Positions 37,105 to 46,801 are shown, numbered from the stretch's first letter. The stretch is DNA of 64,000 nucleotides from Shuttleworthella sp. (GCA_045544375.1 JAZPYY010000028.1:2183-66182); one strand, 5' to 3'. The notes: generated by a model from the letters alone, not told the origin. Numbers and translations: made by a program.

Positions 37105-37704
37105 TCATTCCGTATCTGTATCGGTCATATAACCGAATTTATAATCCGGCGGTGTCTGAATCTCGTCATTATTCGCCCAAAGATAGATTTTGTTTGTTTC
37201 GTAATCCATCATGGCAAGGGTGTAGTCATCTGTATAATACCATATGTCTTCAATCGATTTGAGCTGAATCTGCGGATTATGATCGAGCCCGTATGCCTCC
37301 CCGTACACCTGAAGCAGATACGCTCCTTCCTCGATATCCGGGAAAAAACTGTCTCCGTCAAAATCTTCGGAGAAATACTTCTCCCAGCTGCCGCTATCGT
37401 CTAAAAAAAGTGCCAGACGCTCCGCTTTCATAGGCAGCGGCAGCCATCGTTGGGATACGGTCTGGCGCATATCGTCGCTGCCGGAAATGATCATCGCCGT
37501 ATAGCCGCCGTCCCAGGCATGTTCCGAATATTTGAAAACAATCTGATCCGCCGTAATATCCATTCCCGTACGCCGTCTGAATTGACGCAGGTAATAACCG
37601 GTTTCCGAATTATATTTAAAGTATCGGCCGAACCCAAATATCACCGCCGCGACTGCAAGCAGAACAAGAAGAATAGCAAGGGCATTCTGTTTTTTCTCAC
37701 TCAT
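37105..37704 (-). CDS. Hypothetical N-terminally membrane-anchored protein
   Basis: MSEKKQNALAILLVLLAVAAVIFGF anchor. ATG at 37702-37704 follows AAGGAGGGAG. No recognisable domain. Confidence 0.55.
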   Translation of the reverse strand: MSEKKQNALAILLVLLAVAAVIFGFGRYFKYNSETGYYLRQFRRRTGMDITADQIVFKYSEHAWDGGYTAMIISGSDDMRQTVSQRWLPLPMKAERLALFLDDSGSWEKYFSEDFDGDSFFPDIEEGAYLLQVYGEAYGLDHNPQIQLKSIEDIWYYTDDYTLAMMDYETNKIYLWANNDEIQTPPDYKFGYMTDTDTE

Positions 37705-37979
37705 GTCGTTCTCCCTCCTTAAGCAAAGCAAAAACACAGGGGCAAGAGCAGGATCTCATATTGCATTTATTTTTTATTTTAACACGGCAAAGATCGGATA
37801 GTCAAGATCTGGCTTTCCTATCCGATAAGTATCCCTTGAGCCATGCTCGACAAACTCGCGAACGTTCCATTCGCTCGTTGTCGCGGCATTCGCCGTATGC
37901 GTCCTCAAGAAAACAGCTCATGCAAACAAGTTTGCTTCGCTGTTTTCTTCTCGTCCGCGCATGGCTCATTGCTACGCGC

Positions 37980-38020
37980 AAAAAAGGGATTGACTCGATT
38001 CATGTAATCGAGTCAATCCC
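37980..38020 (-). terminator. Rho-independent terminator of rhaM
   Basis: Perfect 15-bp arms GGGATTGACTCGATT/AATCGAGTCAATCCC, followed on the minus strand by TTTTTT. Confidence 0.75.
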
Positions 38021-38042
38021 TGTAAATACAGATGCGATGTGC

Positions 38043-38354
38043 TCAGTCCAGATGGAACACCGGATGCAGGTCAATGGCCACCGGGCTGTTGTCCGCATTG
38101 GTCTCCATGATATCCGCCATGAAATCCCACCACTTGCGGTTGATGGGCTCATCCGCCTGCTTTGCCCACTCTTCTTCGCTGTCGATTTCGATGGTTCCGA
38201 ACAGGGTCAGCGTCTCCTTATCCAGGAAGATGGAATAATTCCGTCCGCCGTGGGCGTGAATGCTGTCCTTCATTTCCGGCCAGAGCATGTTGTGACGGCG
38301 CTCATATTCCTCTTCCATGCCCGGAAACAGTTTCATTTTAAACGCTTTAATCAT
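38043..38354 (-). CDS. rhaM: L-rhamnose mutarotase
   Basis: MIKAFKMKLFPGMEEEYERRHNMLWPEM...NYSIFLD...NADNSPV aligns along its length with E. coli RhaM/YiiL (recalled sequence). Confidence 0.85.
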   Translation of the reverse strand: MIKAFKMKLFPGMEEEYERRHNMLWPEMKDSIHAHGGRNYSIFLDKETLTLFGTIEIDSEEEWAKQADEPINRKWWDFMADIMETNADNSPVAIDLHPVFHLD

Positions 38355-38399
38355 TTTAATGCACACCTTTCTGTCAATATCAAAATAGCCTTGAAAAAA

Positions 38400-38960
38400 C
38401 TATAAGTTTTTCAGATGAGTACGCCGGCGGCAGAAACGGGTTTTTCTGCTCAGCTGCCGAGTTTCACATAAGGTCCTCGCTTCGTCGTCTATGGGCGGCT
38501 CTGCGCGCGTCTGCTCGGAGAAATCTGAACAAGAAATATACGTTACCGACCTGCGCTGCGTGCTCGATCTCGCCCGCCGACTCGCGACGACCTAAGTGAT
38601 TCGGCTATTCGCAGAAAAACTCGTTTCCGCCTGCCGGCTTGCCGCACCTGGCCGGGAGTCGGGCCGGTCCAAATGCCGCAAATACTGCATGTTTCAGATA
38701 CGGAAACGAAAAGCTGCTGACCCGGCCGGCGGCGTATTTCGAGCGTGATACCGGTGCGCCGGAAGGCAGCTGATGTGCCGCAAGCGGACAATCTGGGGCG
38801 CGCTTTTAGCCGAGGAAAGATCCACTCCCTACGGAGACTGCCCGCGAAGGCTCTCCTGAGCGGGCTAGTCGCAGTTGGGAGTTAGCTTCTCCGAGGCGTT
38901 GCGCCCGTCCGCGGTGGCATATCAGCTGTCGACGGCGCTGATTCTCACACTTGAAAAACC
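38400..38960. other. ORF-less GC-rich block dense in inverted repeats (no identified function)
   Basis: The longest ORF is 82 aa and compositionally implausible. There is long-range complementarity, for example 38428-38448 CGGCAGAAACGGGTTTTTCTG with 38611-38635 CAGAAAAACTCGTTTCCGCCTGCCG. It ends in module E. Confidence 0.5.
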
Positions 38961-39009
38961 TATACTATATACCAATTATTAAATCTGAGGAAATAATTCC
39001 AAAAGAAAA

Positions 39010-39025
39010 TGTTTCACGTGAAACA
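39010..39025. other. parS centromere-like site 1 (TGTTTCACGTGAAACA)
   Basis: Perfect match to the Firmicutes parS consensus TGTTNCACGTGAAACA. The palindrome extends to 18 bp (ATGTTTCACGTGAAACAT). Confidence 0.85.
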
Positions 39026-39049
39026 TCCGCGTATTACTTCGCAGATATA

Positions 39050-39065
39050 TGTTTCACGTGAAACA
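39050..39065. other. parS centromere-like site 2 (TGTTTCACGTGAAACA)
   Basis: Identical 18-bp palindrome 40 bp from site 1 and 37 nt downstream of the rsmG stop. Confidence 0.85.
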
Positions 39066-39101
39066 TTTCTGAAAATACCATATCCGATTATAAGGGATAG
39101 T

Positions 39102-39866
39102 CTATGCGTGCAACGGGTCCTTTGCAGGTGTTCCTGCTTTGCGCGGATACTTCTTGGGTGTGGCCTGCATCTTTTCAATGACGACCAGTGACCGGCCATA
39201 CTCCTCGCCATCATTTCCCGTGAGAGTAAAGGTTTCTATATGCCGTATCTTTCCTCCAAGAAGGAAGATTGCTGTCTTGGCTTCTTCCAGTTCCTGTTGT
39301 ATATCCGCTCCTTTAAATGCTACGAAGTATCCACCAACTCGAACAAACGGCAGACACAGTTCGGCGAGTACGCTCATCCGTGATACGGCCCGGGCAACAC
39401 ACAGATCGTAATGATCTCGATATCCGGCCTGTCTTCCCAGATCTTCTGCGCGTCCATGTACGGCTGTAACTCCGGTCAGCTGCAGCGCATCCGTTGTCTG
39501 CTGAAGGAAGTTTGTTCGTTTCTGCAGAGAGTCCGCCAGGATAACGTTCCAGTTGGGATACATGATCTTTAACGGAATGCCGGGGATTCCAGCTCCGGTT
39601 CCCACATCGATCATGGTCAATCCATCATTGGCAGAAGAGAAGTGATCCATAAAGGAAAACACTTTCTGCAGAGTGAAGCTGTCGATGAAGTGCTTATCGA
39701 TAACCTCAGCGAATTCCGTAATCGCAGTCAGGTTCATATGCTCATTGGCTTCAACAAGCAGATCATAGTAGGAGAGCAGCTGTCCTTCCTGTTCTTCACT
39801 CAGATGATAGGACTCCATCTGCTGATGCAGAAACTCCTTGCGGTTGTCGGCAGTCGCATTATTCAT
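39102..39866 (-). CDS. rsmG: 16S rRNA (guanine527-N7)-methyltransferase RsmG/GidB
   Basis: SAM motif IDVGTGAGIPGIPLKI. It lies downstream of mnmG. The start is ambiguous: ATG 39866 is preferred over the TTG at 39884 used by the ORF track. Confidence 0.9.
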   Translation of the reverse strand: MNNATADNRKEFLHQQMESYHLSEEQEGQLLSYYDLLVEANEHMNLTAITEFAEVIDKHFIDSFTLQKVFSFMDHFSSANDGLTMIDVGTGAGIPGIPLKIMYPNWNVILADSLQKRTNFLQQTTDALQLTGVTAVHGRAEDLGRQAGYRDHYDLCVARAVSRMSVLAELCLPFVRVGGYFVAFKGADIQQELEEAKTAIFLLGGKIRHIETFTLTGNDGEEYGRSLVVIEKMQATPKKYPRKAGTPAKDPLHA

Positions 39867-39968
39867 ATATCTAAATTTCTCCAAAAAAATAGATCAGATC
39901 CGGAATGAACAAAAGAAATATCAAATTAATTATAATATTATTATAATTACTGACCCTTAAACCAGATG

Positions 39969-41918
39969 TTATGCCTGATTCTCCTTCTCCCCTGCGTGAC
40001 TTTCCAGCCACACCAGCAGCACGGAGATATCCGCCGGCGACACGCCGCTGATGCGGGATGCCTGTCCGATATTTTCCGGCTTCATTGCCGCCAGTTTCTG
40101 TCGGGCTTCCAGCCGCAGTCCGGCGATGCTCTCATAAGGAAGGTCGGGCCACAGTTTTTTCTTTTCAATGCGCATGAACTCGGCCACCTGTTTTTCCTGC
40201 CGCTGGATGTAGCCCTCATACTTGATCTGGATGTTGATCTGTTCCGCCACTTCCATAGAAACGGCAGGCCGTTCCGGATCAATCACCGAAGTGGCTTCAT
40301 AAGACAGCTCCGGCCGGCGGATCAGCTCCACCAGAGAAGTACCTCCGCCGATGGGTGTGGATTCGTGTTCTTCCAGTAAAGACAGAACCTCCGGATTCGG
40401 ACCCACATATACGGTCTTTAACCGGGCAAGCTCGCTTTCGATCTGTTCCTGCTTTTCGCAGACATGACGATAGCGCTCATCCGAAATAAGTCCGATCTCA
40501 TGACCGATGGGCGTCAGGCGAAGATCCGCATTGTCCTGGCGAAGCAGAAGACGATATTCCGCCCGGGCCGTCATCATCCGGTAGGGTTCGTGACTTTCCT
40601 TGGTGACAAGATCGTCGATCAGCACGCCGATATATGCCTGGGACCGGGTCAGCACCACCGGCTCCTTTTCGGTCAGCAGCCGGGCGGCATTGATGCCGGC
40701 CATCAGACCCTGAGCGGCGGCTTCTTCATATCCGCTGCTTCCGTTGAACTGACCGGCTGCAAACAGACCGTGAATGTTCTTAAATTCCAGAGACGGTTTC
40801 AGCTGGCTGGCGGGAATGCAGTCGTACTCGATGGCATAGGCGTTGCGCACGATTTTCGCATTTTCCAGTCCGGCGATGGTGTGATAAAAAGCTTCCTGCA
40901 CATCCTCGGGCATGGAACTGCTGGCGCCGGAAATATACATCTCGTTGGTGTAGGCGCCTTCCGGTTCCACAAACAGCTGATGCCGATCCTTGTCGGCAAA
41001 CCGCACCACCTTATCCTCGATGGAAGGGCAGTAGCGGGGACCGGTGCCTTCGATGACGCCGGCGTAAAGAGGAGAGCGATGCAGATTGTCCCGCAGGATG
41101 CGATGGGTCTCCTCGTTGGTGTAAGTCAGATAGCAGGACACCTGCTCCTTCTGAATGGAATCGGGGTCTGTGGTGAAAGAGAAGGGGACGATGCGCTCGT
41201 CGCCTTTCTGCTCCGTCATCTTGGAAAAGTCGATGGTGCGCCGGTCAATACGGGCGGGCGTTCCGGTTTTAAAACGCACCGTCTGTATGCCGGTTTCTTC
41301 CAGAGACGCCGTCAGGGAATTGGCCGCCTTCAGTCCGTTGGGTCCGGTGTACTCGATGACATCCCCATACAGGCAGCGGGCGCGCAGATAGGTACCGGTA
41401 CAAAGGATAACCGCACGGGCATAATACACAGCCCCGGACGTGGTCTGTACACCAATGATTCTCTGTTTCTTAGGACTTTCTGTGCTGTCCCCTTCCGCCG
41501 GAGTCTTACTTTCCTCCTCCGTCAGCAGCGCAGTCACTTCCGCCTGACGCAGGGTCAGATGTTCCGTCTCCTGCAGGGTCTTCCGCATGGCCAGAGAGTA
41601 CATGGCCTTATCCGCCTGGGCCCGAAGAGAATGAACCGCCGGTCCTTTGGACGCGTTTAACATCCGGGACTGGAGAAAGGTTTTGTCGATGTTGATACCC
41701 ATCTGTCCGCCTAAGGCGTCGATCTCCCGAACCAGATGTCCCTTGGACGTACCGCCGATGTTGGGATTGCAGGGCATCATGGCCACGCTGTCCATGCTCA
41801 CGGTGAAGATAATGGTTTCCATGCCAAGGCGCGCGGCAGCCAGCGCAGCTTCACAGCCCGCGTGACCCGCGCCTACCACAACGACGTCATATTGAAATTT
41901 CAGCGTATTTTCGTTCAT
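39969..41918 (-). CDS. mnmG: tRNA uridine-5-carboxymethylaminomethyl synthesis enzyme MnmG/GidA
   Basis: [26 protein letters not shown] motif. 649 aa, with family-typical blocks throughout. Confidence 0.97.
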   Translation of the reverse strand: MNENTLKFQYDVVVVGAGHAGCEAALAAARLGMETIIFTVSMDSVAMMPCNPNIGGTSKGHLVREIDALGGQMGINIDKTFLQSRMLNASKGPAVHSLRAQADKAMYSLAMRKTLQETEHLTLRQAEVTALLTEEESKTPAEGDSTESPKKQRIIGVQTTSGAVYYARAVILCTGTYLRARCLYGDVIEYTGPNGLKAANSLTASLEETGIQTVRFKTGTPARIDRRTIDFSKMTEQKGDERIVPFSFTTDPDSIQKEQVSCYLTYTNEETHRILRDNLHRSPLYAGVIEGTGPRYCPSIEDKVVRFADKDRHQLFVEPEGAYTNEMYISGASSSMPEDVQEAFYHTIAGLENAKIVRNAYAIEYDCIPASQLKPSLEFKNIHGLFAAGQFNGSSGYEEAAAQGLMAGINAARLLTEKEPVVLTRSQAYIGVLIDDLVTKESHEPYRMMTARAEYRLLLRQDNADLRLTPIGHEIGLISDERYRHVCEKQEQIESELARLKTVYVGPNPEVLSLLEEHESTPIGGGTSLVELIRRPELSYEATSVIDPERPAVSMEVAEQINIQIKYEGYIQRQEKQVAEFMRIEKKKLWPDLPYESIAGLRLEARQKLAAMKPENIGQASRISGVSPADISVLLVWLESHAGEKENQA

Positions 41919-42010
41919 AAAACCGTTCTATCTTTTCACTGAGAATTACGGAAAAACCACAGGCTGTCATCTTAAGATGATTCAGATACCTTATCATCCA
42001 GAAAGCCATT

Positions 42011-43375
42011 CTATTTTCCCACACAGAAATTTGCAAAGATGGTATTAGCCAGTTCTTCCTCAATCGCCTCGCCGAGAATCCGGCCAAGGGCCGTGTAGGC
42101 ATCCGTCAGATCAATCATCAGCACGTCTTCCGGCATGCCGGCATCGATGCCCTCCGTCACCATCTTCAGGCTGTTTTTCGCAGAGACCAAAGCGGCCAGA
42201 TGCCGGGGGTTGGTGACCACGTAATCATTTTCGGAAAGGGCAAAAGAGGAGTAGGCTTTATTTCGAATGGTATTCCGAAGTTCTGCCAGTCCTTCACCGG
42301 TGGAAGCGGAGATGGATAAAATCTCTCCGGAAAAATGGGCAGCCAGATCCGCTTCCGATATCACCGAATCCAGATCCTGCTTGTTTCGCACCACAATGGT
42401 GCGATTGGGATCCGCCTCGGAGAGCATCTGCTGTTCTTCGTCGGAAAGAACGGAAGATGCATCTACCAGAAACAACAGCAGCTGGGCTTCCTTCATGGTC
42501 TTTCGGCTGCGCTCCACGCCGATCTGTTCCACCAGATCTTCGGCATCCCGCAGTCCGGCGGTGTCCACCAGACGAAGGGTGACATCCCCCACATTCACCG
42601 TTTCCTCAATCAGATCCCGGGTGGTTCCGGCGATCTCCGTCACGATGGCCCGCTCCCGGCCGGCAAGTACATTTAATAAGGAAGACTTGCCCACATTTGG
42701 ACGGCCGATGATGGCGGTATAGATACCTTCCCGCATGCGCTGTCCGTCATCTGCACTTTTGATCTTTTCCGTGAGCCACTGCATCCATCCTTCACAGCGG
42801 CTGTGGAAGGCGGGCAGAAAGTCGTCCAGATCAAAATGCTCCGGATCGTCTAAGGATGCTTCCACATAGGCGCGGTCCAAAAGCATTTCCTGTCGAATGC
42901 GCCGCAGCTCGTCGCCCCACAGGCCGGACAGCTGCTGCTGCGCGTTGGAAAGCATCCGGTCGTTCTGGGAACGGATGACATCCATGACCGCTTCGGCCTG
43001 GGACAGATCCATGCGGCCGTTTAAAAAGGCCCGCTTGGAGAATTCTCCCGGATCCGCCGGACGAATGCCTTTTTTGAAAAGGGCTTCTAAGATCCGCTGT
43101 AAAACCAGCATGCCGCCATGGCACTGAATCTCCACCACGTCTTCACCGGTGTAGGAATGAGGCGCGTGAAAAACCAGGATGATGGCCTCGTCTAAAATGC
43201 GGCCGTCATCCTTGATCCTGCCATAGCGAAAACTGTTGGCAGGAATGTCGCAAAGAGAGACGGAACCGACAAACAGCCCGTCACAGACCGCAACAGCTTC
43301 CGGTCCGCTGACACGGATGATTCCGATACCGGCGCCGGCAGCAGCGGTGGATATTGCAGCAATGGTATCTGCCAT
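42011..43375 (-). CDS. mnmE: tRNA modification GTPase MnmE/TrmE
   Basis: GRPNVGKSSLLN, DTAGLR and the C-terminal FCVGK motif are present. Confidence 0.97.
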   Translation of the reverse strand: MADTIAAISTAAAGAGIGIIRVSGPEAVAVCDGLFVGSVSLCDIPANSFRYGRIKDDGRILDEAIILVFHAPHSYTGEDVVEIQCHGGMLVLQRILEALFKKGIRPADPGEFSKRAFLNGRMDLSQAEAVMDVIRSQNDRMLSNAQQQLSGLWGDELRRIRQEMLLDRAYVEASLDDPEHFDLDDFLPAFHSRCEGWMQWLTEKIKSADDGQRMREGIYTAIIGRPNVGKSSLLNVLAGRERAIVTEIAGTTRDLIEETVNVGDVTLRLVDTAGLRDAEDLVEQIGVERSRKTMKEAQLLLFLVDASSVLSDEEQQMLSEADPNRTIVVRNKQDLDSVISEADLAAHFSGEILSISASTGEGLAELRNTIRNKAYSSFALSENDYVVTNPRHLAALVSAKNSLKMVTEGIDAGMPEDVLMIDLTDAYTALGRILGEAIEEELANTIFANFCVGK

Positions 43376-43433
43376 AATCTCCTGCCTTTACTATGCGAAA
43401 GGGACGAGAGCCAGCCCCCGTCCCTTTTCACAA

Positions 43434-44240
43434 TTATTTTAAGGTGATGACTACGTAGCGGTAGGGCTCTTCGCCTTCGCTGTGGGTTTCCACTGCGCTG
43501 TCCGCCTGCAGTGCCGTGTGGATGATGCGGCGCTCGTAGGGGTTCATGGGCTCTAAGTCCACGGAACGACCGGTGCGCTTGGCCTTGGCTGCCATGTTGC
43601 GGGCAAGGTTTTCTAAGGTTTCTTCCCGGCGCTGACGATAGTTTTCGGTGTCCACTTTGACGCGCACATAGCCGTCCAGGCGGCGGTTCGCCACTAAGCT
43701 GGTCAGATACTGAACGGCATCTAAGGTCTGTCCGCGCTTGCCGATGATCACGCCCATCTGAGGACCGGAAAGATCGATGTTCATGGAATTTTCTTCCTCA
43801 TCGTATTCGCAGTCGATGGTGACGTCCATGTTCATGGCGGCGAACATGTCCGCAAGGAACTCACCGGCGGCTTCCGCTGCAGCGTCAATGGCTTCCGGCG
43901 TGTTGGTCTTTTCGGCCTTTTTGCTCTTTTCCGGAGCGGCTTCAGCGGCGGGCGCCTCTTCGACTTCCTCAGCCGGAGCTTCCTCTGCTTCGGCGGTTTC
44001 TGCAGCCGGAGCGGCTTCTGCCACAGGGGCTTCTTCCTTTACAGCTTCCTTAGCCGGAGCAGTTTCCTTCTCGCCAAGAGCGACGCGGATCACGGCGTCC
44101 TTGCTGCCCAGTCCTAAGAAACCGGCGCTGCCTTTTTCCACTACTTCATAAGTAATCTGATCACTGGTGATTCCCAGCGCGATGGACGCGTTTGTGATGG
44201 CGTCTTCCACCGTCTTTCCGGAAAAATTCGTATACTGCAT
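43434..44240 (-). CDS. jag: Jag/KhpB RNA-binding protein (Jag_N, KH, R3H) with an Ala/Glu-rich linker
   Basis: The R3H region MNPYERRIIHTALQ is present. The gene follows yidC as in the conserved operon. Confidence 0.9.
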   Translation of the reverse strand: MQYTNFSGKTVEDAITNASIALGITSDQITYEVVEKGSAGFLGLGSKDAVIRVALGEKETAPAKEAVKEEAPVAEAAPAAETAEAEEAPAEEVEEAPAAEAAPEKSKKAEKTNTPEAIDAAAEAAGEFLADMFAAMNMDVTIDCEYDEEENSMNIDLSGPQMGVIIGKRGQTLDAVQYLTSLVANRRLDGYVRVKVDTENYRQRREETLENLARNMAAKAKRTGRSVDLEPMNPYERRIIHTALQADSAVETHSEGEEPYRYVVITLK

Positions 44241-44254
44241 GATTTTCTCCCTTC

Positions 44255-45532
44255 TTACTCGTCCTTATTTGACACGCTGCGGCGGCCTTCGTTGTAGTCG
44301 CGCACCAGATTTGCTTTCGCTGCTAGGCTTCCGGAAGCGGCACGTTCGCGGGCTTCCCGGGCACGGTCTAAGATTTCGGCCTGCTCCTGGCTGATGCCGG
44401 CGCGGGAGTAAAGAGAACCGTTCTTGGTGTTGGCCGTGGCTGCGGCGTAGATGGCCTTACGCTCACCCCGCTTGGCTGCCTTCTTTTCGGCTTTTTCTTT
44501 GTTCTTTTCAATCAGAGAATCCAGATCGATGTGATCGAAATGGCGATTTAAGAAGAAGTTCTGCACCGCACGCACCAGCGCACCGATGGCCCAGTACAGA
44601 CCCAGACCTACGGGAACCGAGAAGCCAATGACTAAGGACATCAGGGGCATCATGGTGTTCATGGTCTTCATCTGCTGTTCCATCTGTCCATCGCCGCCGG
44701 AAGAGGGCATGGTCTTGATGGTGATCAGCTGGAACAGATAGTTGAACAGCGGAATCGCTAAAGCGGCAATGAGAATCAGCCAGTTCTTATCTGCCCAGGC
44801 AGCCTTCATCTGGTTAAAGGGCGTATCGGAAATGTTTAATCCGATGAAGTAGTTCACCTTAGCCAGAGCATTCTGAGTGGATGTGATCAGATCGGTCAGA
44901 GCCGGGAATGCGCTGCGGGCGCTGTCCCAGCCGGTTTCGCTCAGCTTGTACAGCACGTCAACGATGTAGTTGCCCATGGCCGTGGTATCCGTAGTGGTAA
45001 AGTCCACGGCCTGTCCGGCTAAGTTGGCACTGGACGCTAAGGTTTCCATGGTTCCGGCGTAGCCTTCGGTGCCCATGATACCGGTCACAAGGTTCGAGAA
45101 GATACCCTTTAAGTTGGTCAGATAAGCCGGCACATTGTAGAACACGCGGTAAAGGGCGAACAGCGGGAAAATCTGAATGATGGACTGCAGGCAGGTACCG
45201 GTCATGGAAATACCGTACTTGTCATACAGCTGTTGCTGTTCTTCCTGCTGAGCCATCATGGAGTCCTGGTCGCGGCGTCCCTTGTACTTTTTCTGGATGG
45301 CGTCCAGCTCCGGCTTGATGCGGCGCTGTAATGCGGATGTTTTCTGCTGCATGTAAGTCAGCGGCATCATCAGCATGTAGAAGAGCACGGTAAAGACGAT
45401 GATGGACAGGGCCACGTTCTGTGTACCGAATAAGGTGTACATCAGATTGTAAACCCAGTTCATAACCCAGCCCAGCAGCTTGGCGATGGGACCTAAGATC
45501 TGGCCCTGATACTGTGTCAAAACGACAAACAT
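44255..45532 (-). CDS. yidC: Membrane protein insertase YidC/SpoIIIJ family with a long basic C-terminal tail
   Basis: Polytopic 60-kDa-IMP-type core (PLMSLVIGFSVPVGLGLYW) and a C-terminal K/R-rich tail. Confidence 0.9.
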   Translation of the reverse strand: MFVVLTQYQGQILGPIAKLLGWVMNWVYNLMYTLFGTQNVALSIIVFTVLFYMLMMPLTYMQQKTSALQRRIKPELDAIQKKYKGRRDQDSMMAQQEEQQQLYDKYGISMTGTCLQSIIQIFPLFALYRVFYNVPAYLTNLKGIFSNLVTGIMGTEGYAGTMETLASSANLAGQAVDFTTTDTTAMGNYIVDVLYKLSETGWDSARSAFPALTDLITSTQNALAKVNYFIGLNISDTPFNQMKAAWADKNWLILIAALAIPLFNYLFQLITIKTMPSSGGDGQMEQQMKTMNTMMPLMSLVIGFSVPVGLGLYWAIGALVRAVQNFFLNRHFDHIDLDSLIEKNKEKAEKKAAKRGERKAIYAAATANTKNGSLYSRAGISQEQAEILDRAREARERAASGSLAAKANLVRDYNEGRRSVSNKDE

Positions 45533-45840
45533 AGATACTCCTTTTGCTGTTGTGGTTGTAACTTAAAATACATGACGCATTTCAAAACGCCGGAATCAGA
45601 TATTTATAAATCGAACATAAATATCCGCGGCTTATACACATGCTTTCCTTCCGGAAAACAATGATTTCTGTTCTGTCGATGATGAAATTACAATAACAGT
45701 ATCATTACTGTTATTTTTAAAACAGGGTTTCACGAAGAAGCGTGACGCCGCTTCAGGCGACCGCCGGGCGAATGCCGGCAGATGGAAGACGGATAAAAAT
45801 CCGAAGAGAATACGTGATTTAGTTTAGAAACTTATAAAAT

Positions 45841-46089
45841 CTACTTTTTTCCATGGATCCGGATTTTCGGAAACTGATCCGGCACCGGATCATACCCTCC
45901 ATGAGAGAAGGGATTGCAGCGCAGTATCCGCCACGCGGCCAGCAGGCTTCCTTTTAAAGCGCCATGCTTTTCTATGGCTTCCATCCCGTAGGCCGAACAG
46001 GTCGGCGTGTAGGGACAGTGCACCGTCTTTAACGGCGACAGATACCTGCGGTACAGACGAATCAGAAATAAAAGAAACCGTTTGATCAT
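45841..46089 (-). CDS. yidD: Membrane protein insertion efficiency factor YidD
   Basis: YRRYLSPL...[19 protein letters not shown] signature. It overlaps the rnpA stop by 4 nt. Confidence 0.9.
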   Translation of the reverse strand: MIKRFLLFLIRLYRRYLSPLKTVHCPYTPTCSAYGMEAIEKHGALKGSLLAAWRILRCNPFSHGGYDPVPDQFPKIRIHGKK

Positions 46090-46439
46090 TCCGCTTCTTC
46101 ACCTTTTAAAAGTAAATGGTGTCTGAACAGCAGCCGCATGACTTCTTCTTGTAAATCGTCATAGGGTGTGCCTTCGCTGCCTTCCCGTACCACCACCACC
46201 AGATCGTATCCCGGTTTGATCTGTGACTGGGTCAGGCGAAAGATTTCCCGCAGCTGGCGCTTTAAGCGATGGCGAACCACGCTGTTGCCCACCTTTTTGC
46301 TGACGGAAACGCCGATGCGCACCTTGTCTTTCCCGTTGGTCAGTGCATAAAGCACCAGATGGGACGAAGCATGGGAATGCCTGGCGCGGTACACGCGGCG
46401 AAAATCTGAATTTTTTGGAATCGAGTCCGGATTCTTCAT
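46086..46439 (-). CDS. rnpA: Ribonuclease P protein component
   Basis: FRRVYRAR...[16 protein letters not shown] (RNR motif region). ATG at 46437-46439. Confidence 0.9.
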   Translation of the reverse strand: MKNPDSIPKNSDFRRVYRARHSHASSHLVLYALTNGKDKVRIGVSVSKKVGNSVVRHRLKRQLREIFRLTQSQIKPGYDLVVVVREGSEGTPYDDLQEEVMRLLFRHHLLLKGEEAE

Positions 46440-46557
46440 CGATACTTCTGTTGCGCATGAAGGCCACGACAAATCGTGGCCTTCATAACATTATGATTCA
46501 AATTGCAAATTGTCCAAAACAGCGCGAATCAGCAATTTTGGCTACTGAATCACATTA

Positions 46558-46692
46558 TTACGCAGAAAGCTGCTTGCGGCCCTTAGCACGACGAGCGGCG
46601 AGAACCTTACGGCCGCCGGCGGTACTCATGCGGGCACGAAAACCGTGAACGCGGGCGCGCTGTCTTTTCTTCGGCTGAAATGTCATCTTCAT
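46558..46692 (-). CDS. rpmH: 50S ribosomal protein L34 (44 aa; too short for the ORF track)
   Basis: Hand translation gives [58 protein letters not shown] lies upstream. Confidence 0.95.
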   Translation of the reverse strand: MKMTFQPKKRQRARVHGFRARMSTAGGRKVLAARRAKGRKQLSA

Positions 46693-46730
46693 CGCTATCC
46701 ACCTCCTTGAAAATCCGACAGAACATAACA

Positions 46731-46759
46731 ACTATAGAGAAGAAAATAAAAAAAGTCAA
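46731..46759 (-). promoter_or_regulatory. rpmH promoter TTGACT-17-TATAGT
   Basis: On the minus strand the -35 box is at 46754-46759 and the -10 box at 46731-46736. Confidence 0.6.
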
Positions 46760-46780
46760 GGAAAACTCTGTAATATTTTA

Positions 46781-46801
46781 TGTGGATAACTCTGTGGATA
46801 A
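46781..46801. promoter_or_regulatory. Two perfect DnaA boxes (TGTGGATAA x2) in the rpmH-dnaA intergenic region (oriC part 1)
   Basis: The boxes are at 46781-46789 and 46793-46801. Weaker TTATGAACA variants occur at about 46811 and 46879. AT-rich tracts follow up to dnaA. Confidence 0.8.

Noticed and set aside
37761-38405. 214-aa plus-strand ORF, and the 60853-61179 minus-strand ORF sharing the peptide FLLVRAWLIA
   Set aside because: The shared peptide is the translation of nucleotide repeat module D. The first ORF overlaps rhaM in antisense and the second runs across two tRNA genes. Neither is protein-coding.
38695-38725. GAAACGAAAAGCTGCTGA resembling a tmRNA tag-reading-frame end
   Set aside because: There is no tRNA-like acceptor or T-arm (no GGGG... 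5' end, no TTCGAATCC...CCACCA 3' end) anywhere nearby. The resemblance is coincidental.
38808-38850. GAGGAAAGATCC resembling the RNase P RNA P4 motif GAGGAAAGTCC
   Set aside because: The match has one inserted base. The other universally conserved RNase P RNA elements (for example the ACAGAA...GGCTTA region) are not present on either strand of the block.
40464-41660. 398-aa ORF on the plus strand
   Set aside because: It is fully antisense to mnmG, whose product is unmistakable. Its composition is Gly/Arg/His/Leu-rich and it has no motifs. It is a typical shadow ORF of GC-rich DNA.
45722-45745. GGTTTCACGAAGAAGCGTGAC as a third parS
   Set aside because: Only the left half-site (GTTTCACG) matches, and the right half is unrelated. 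It is just a short hairpin.
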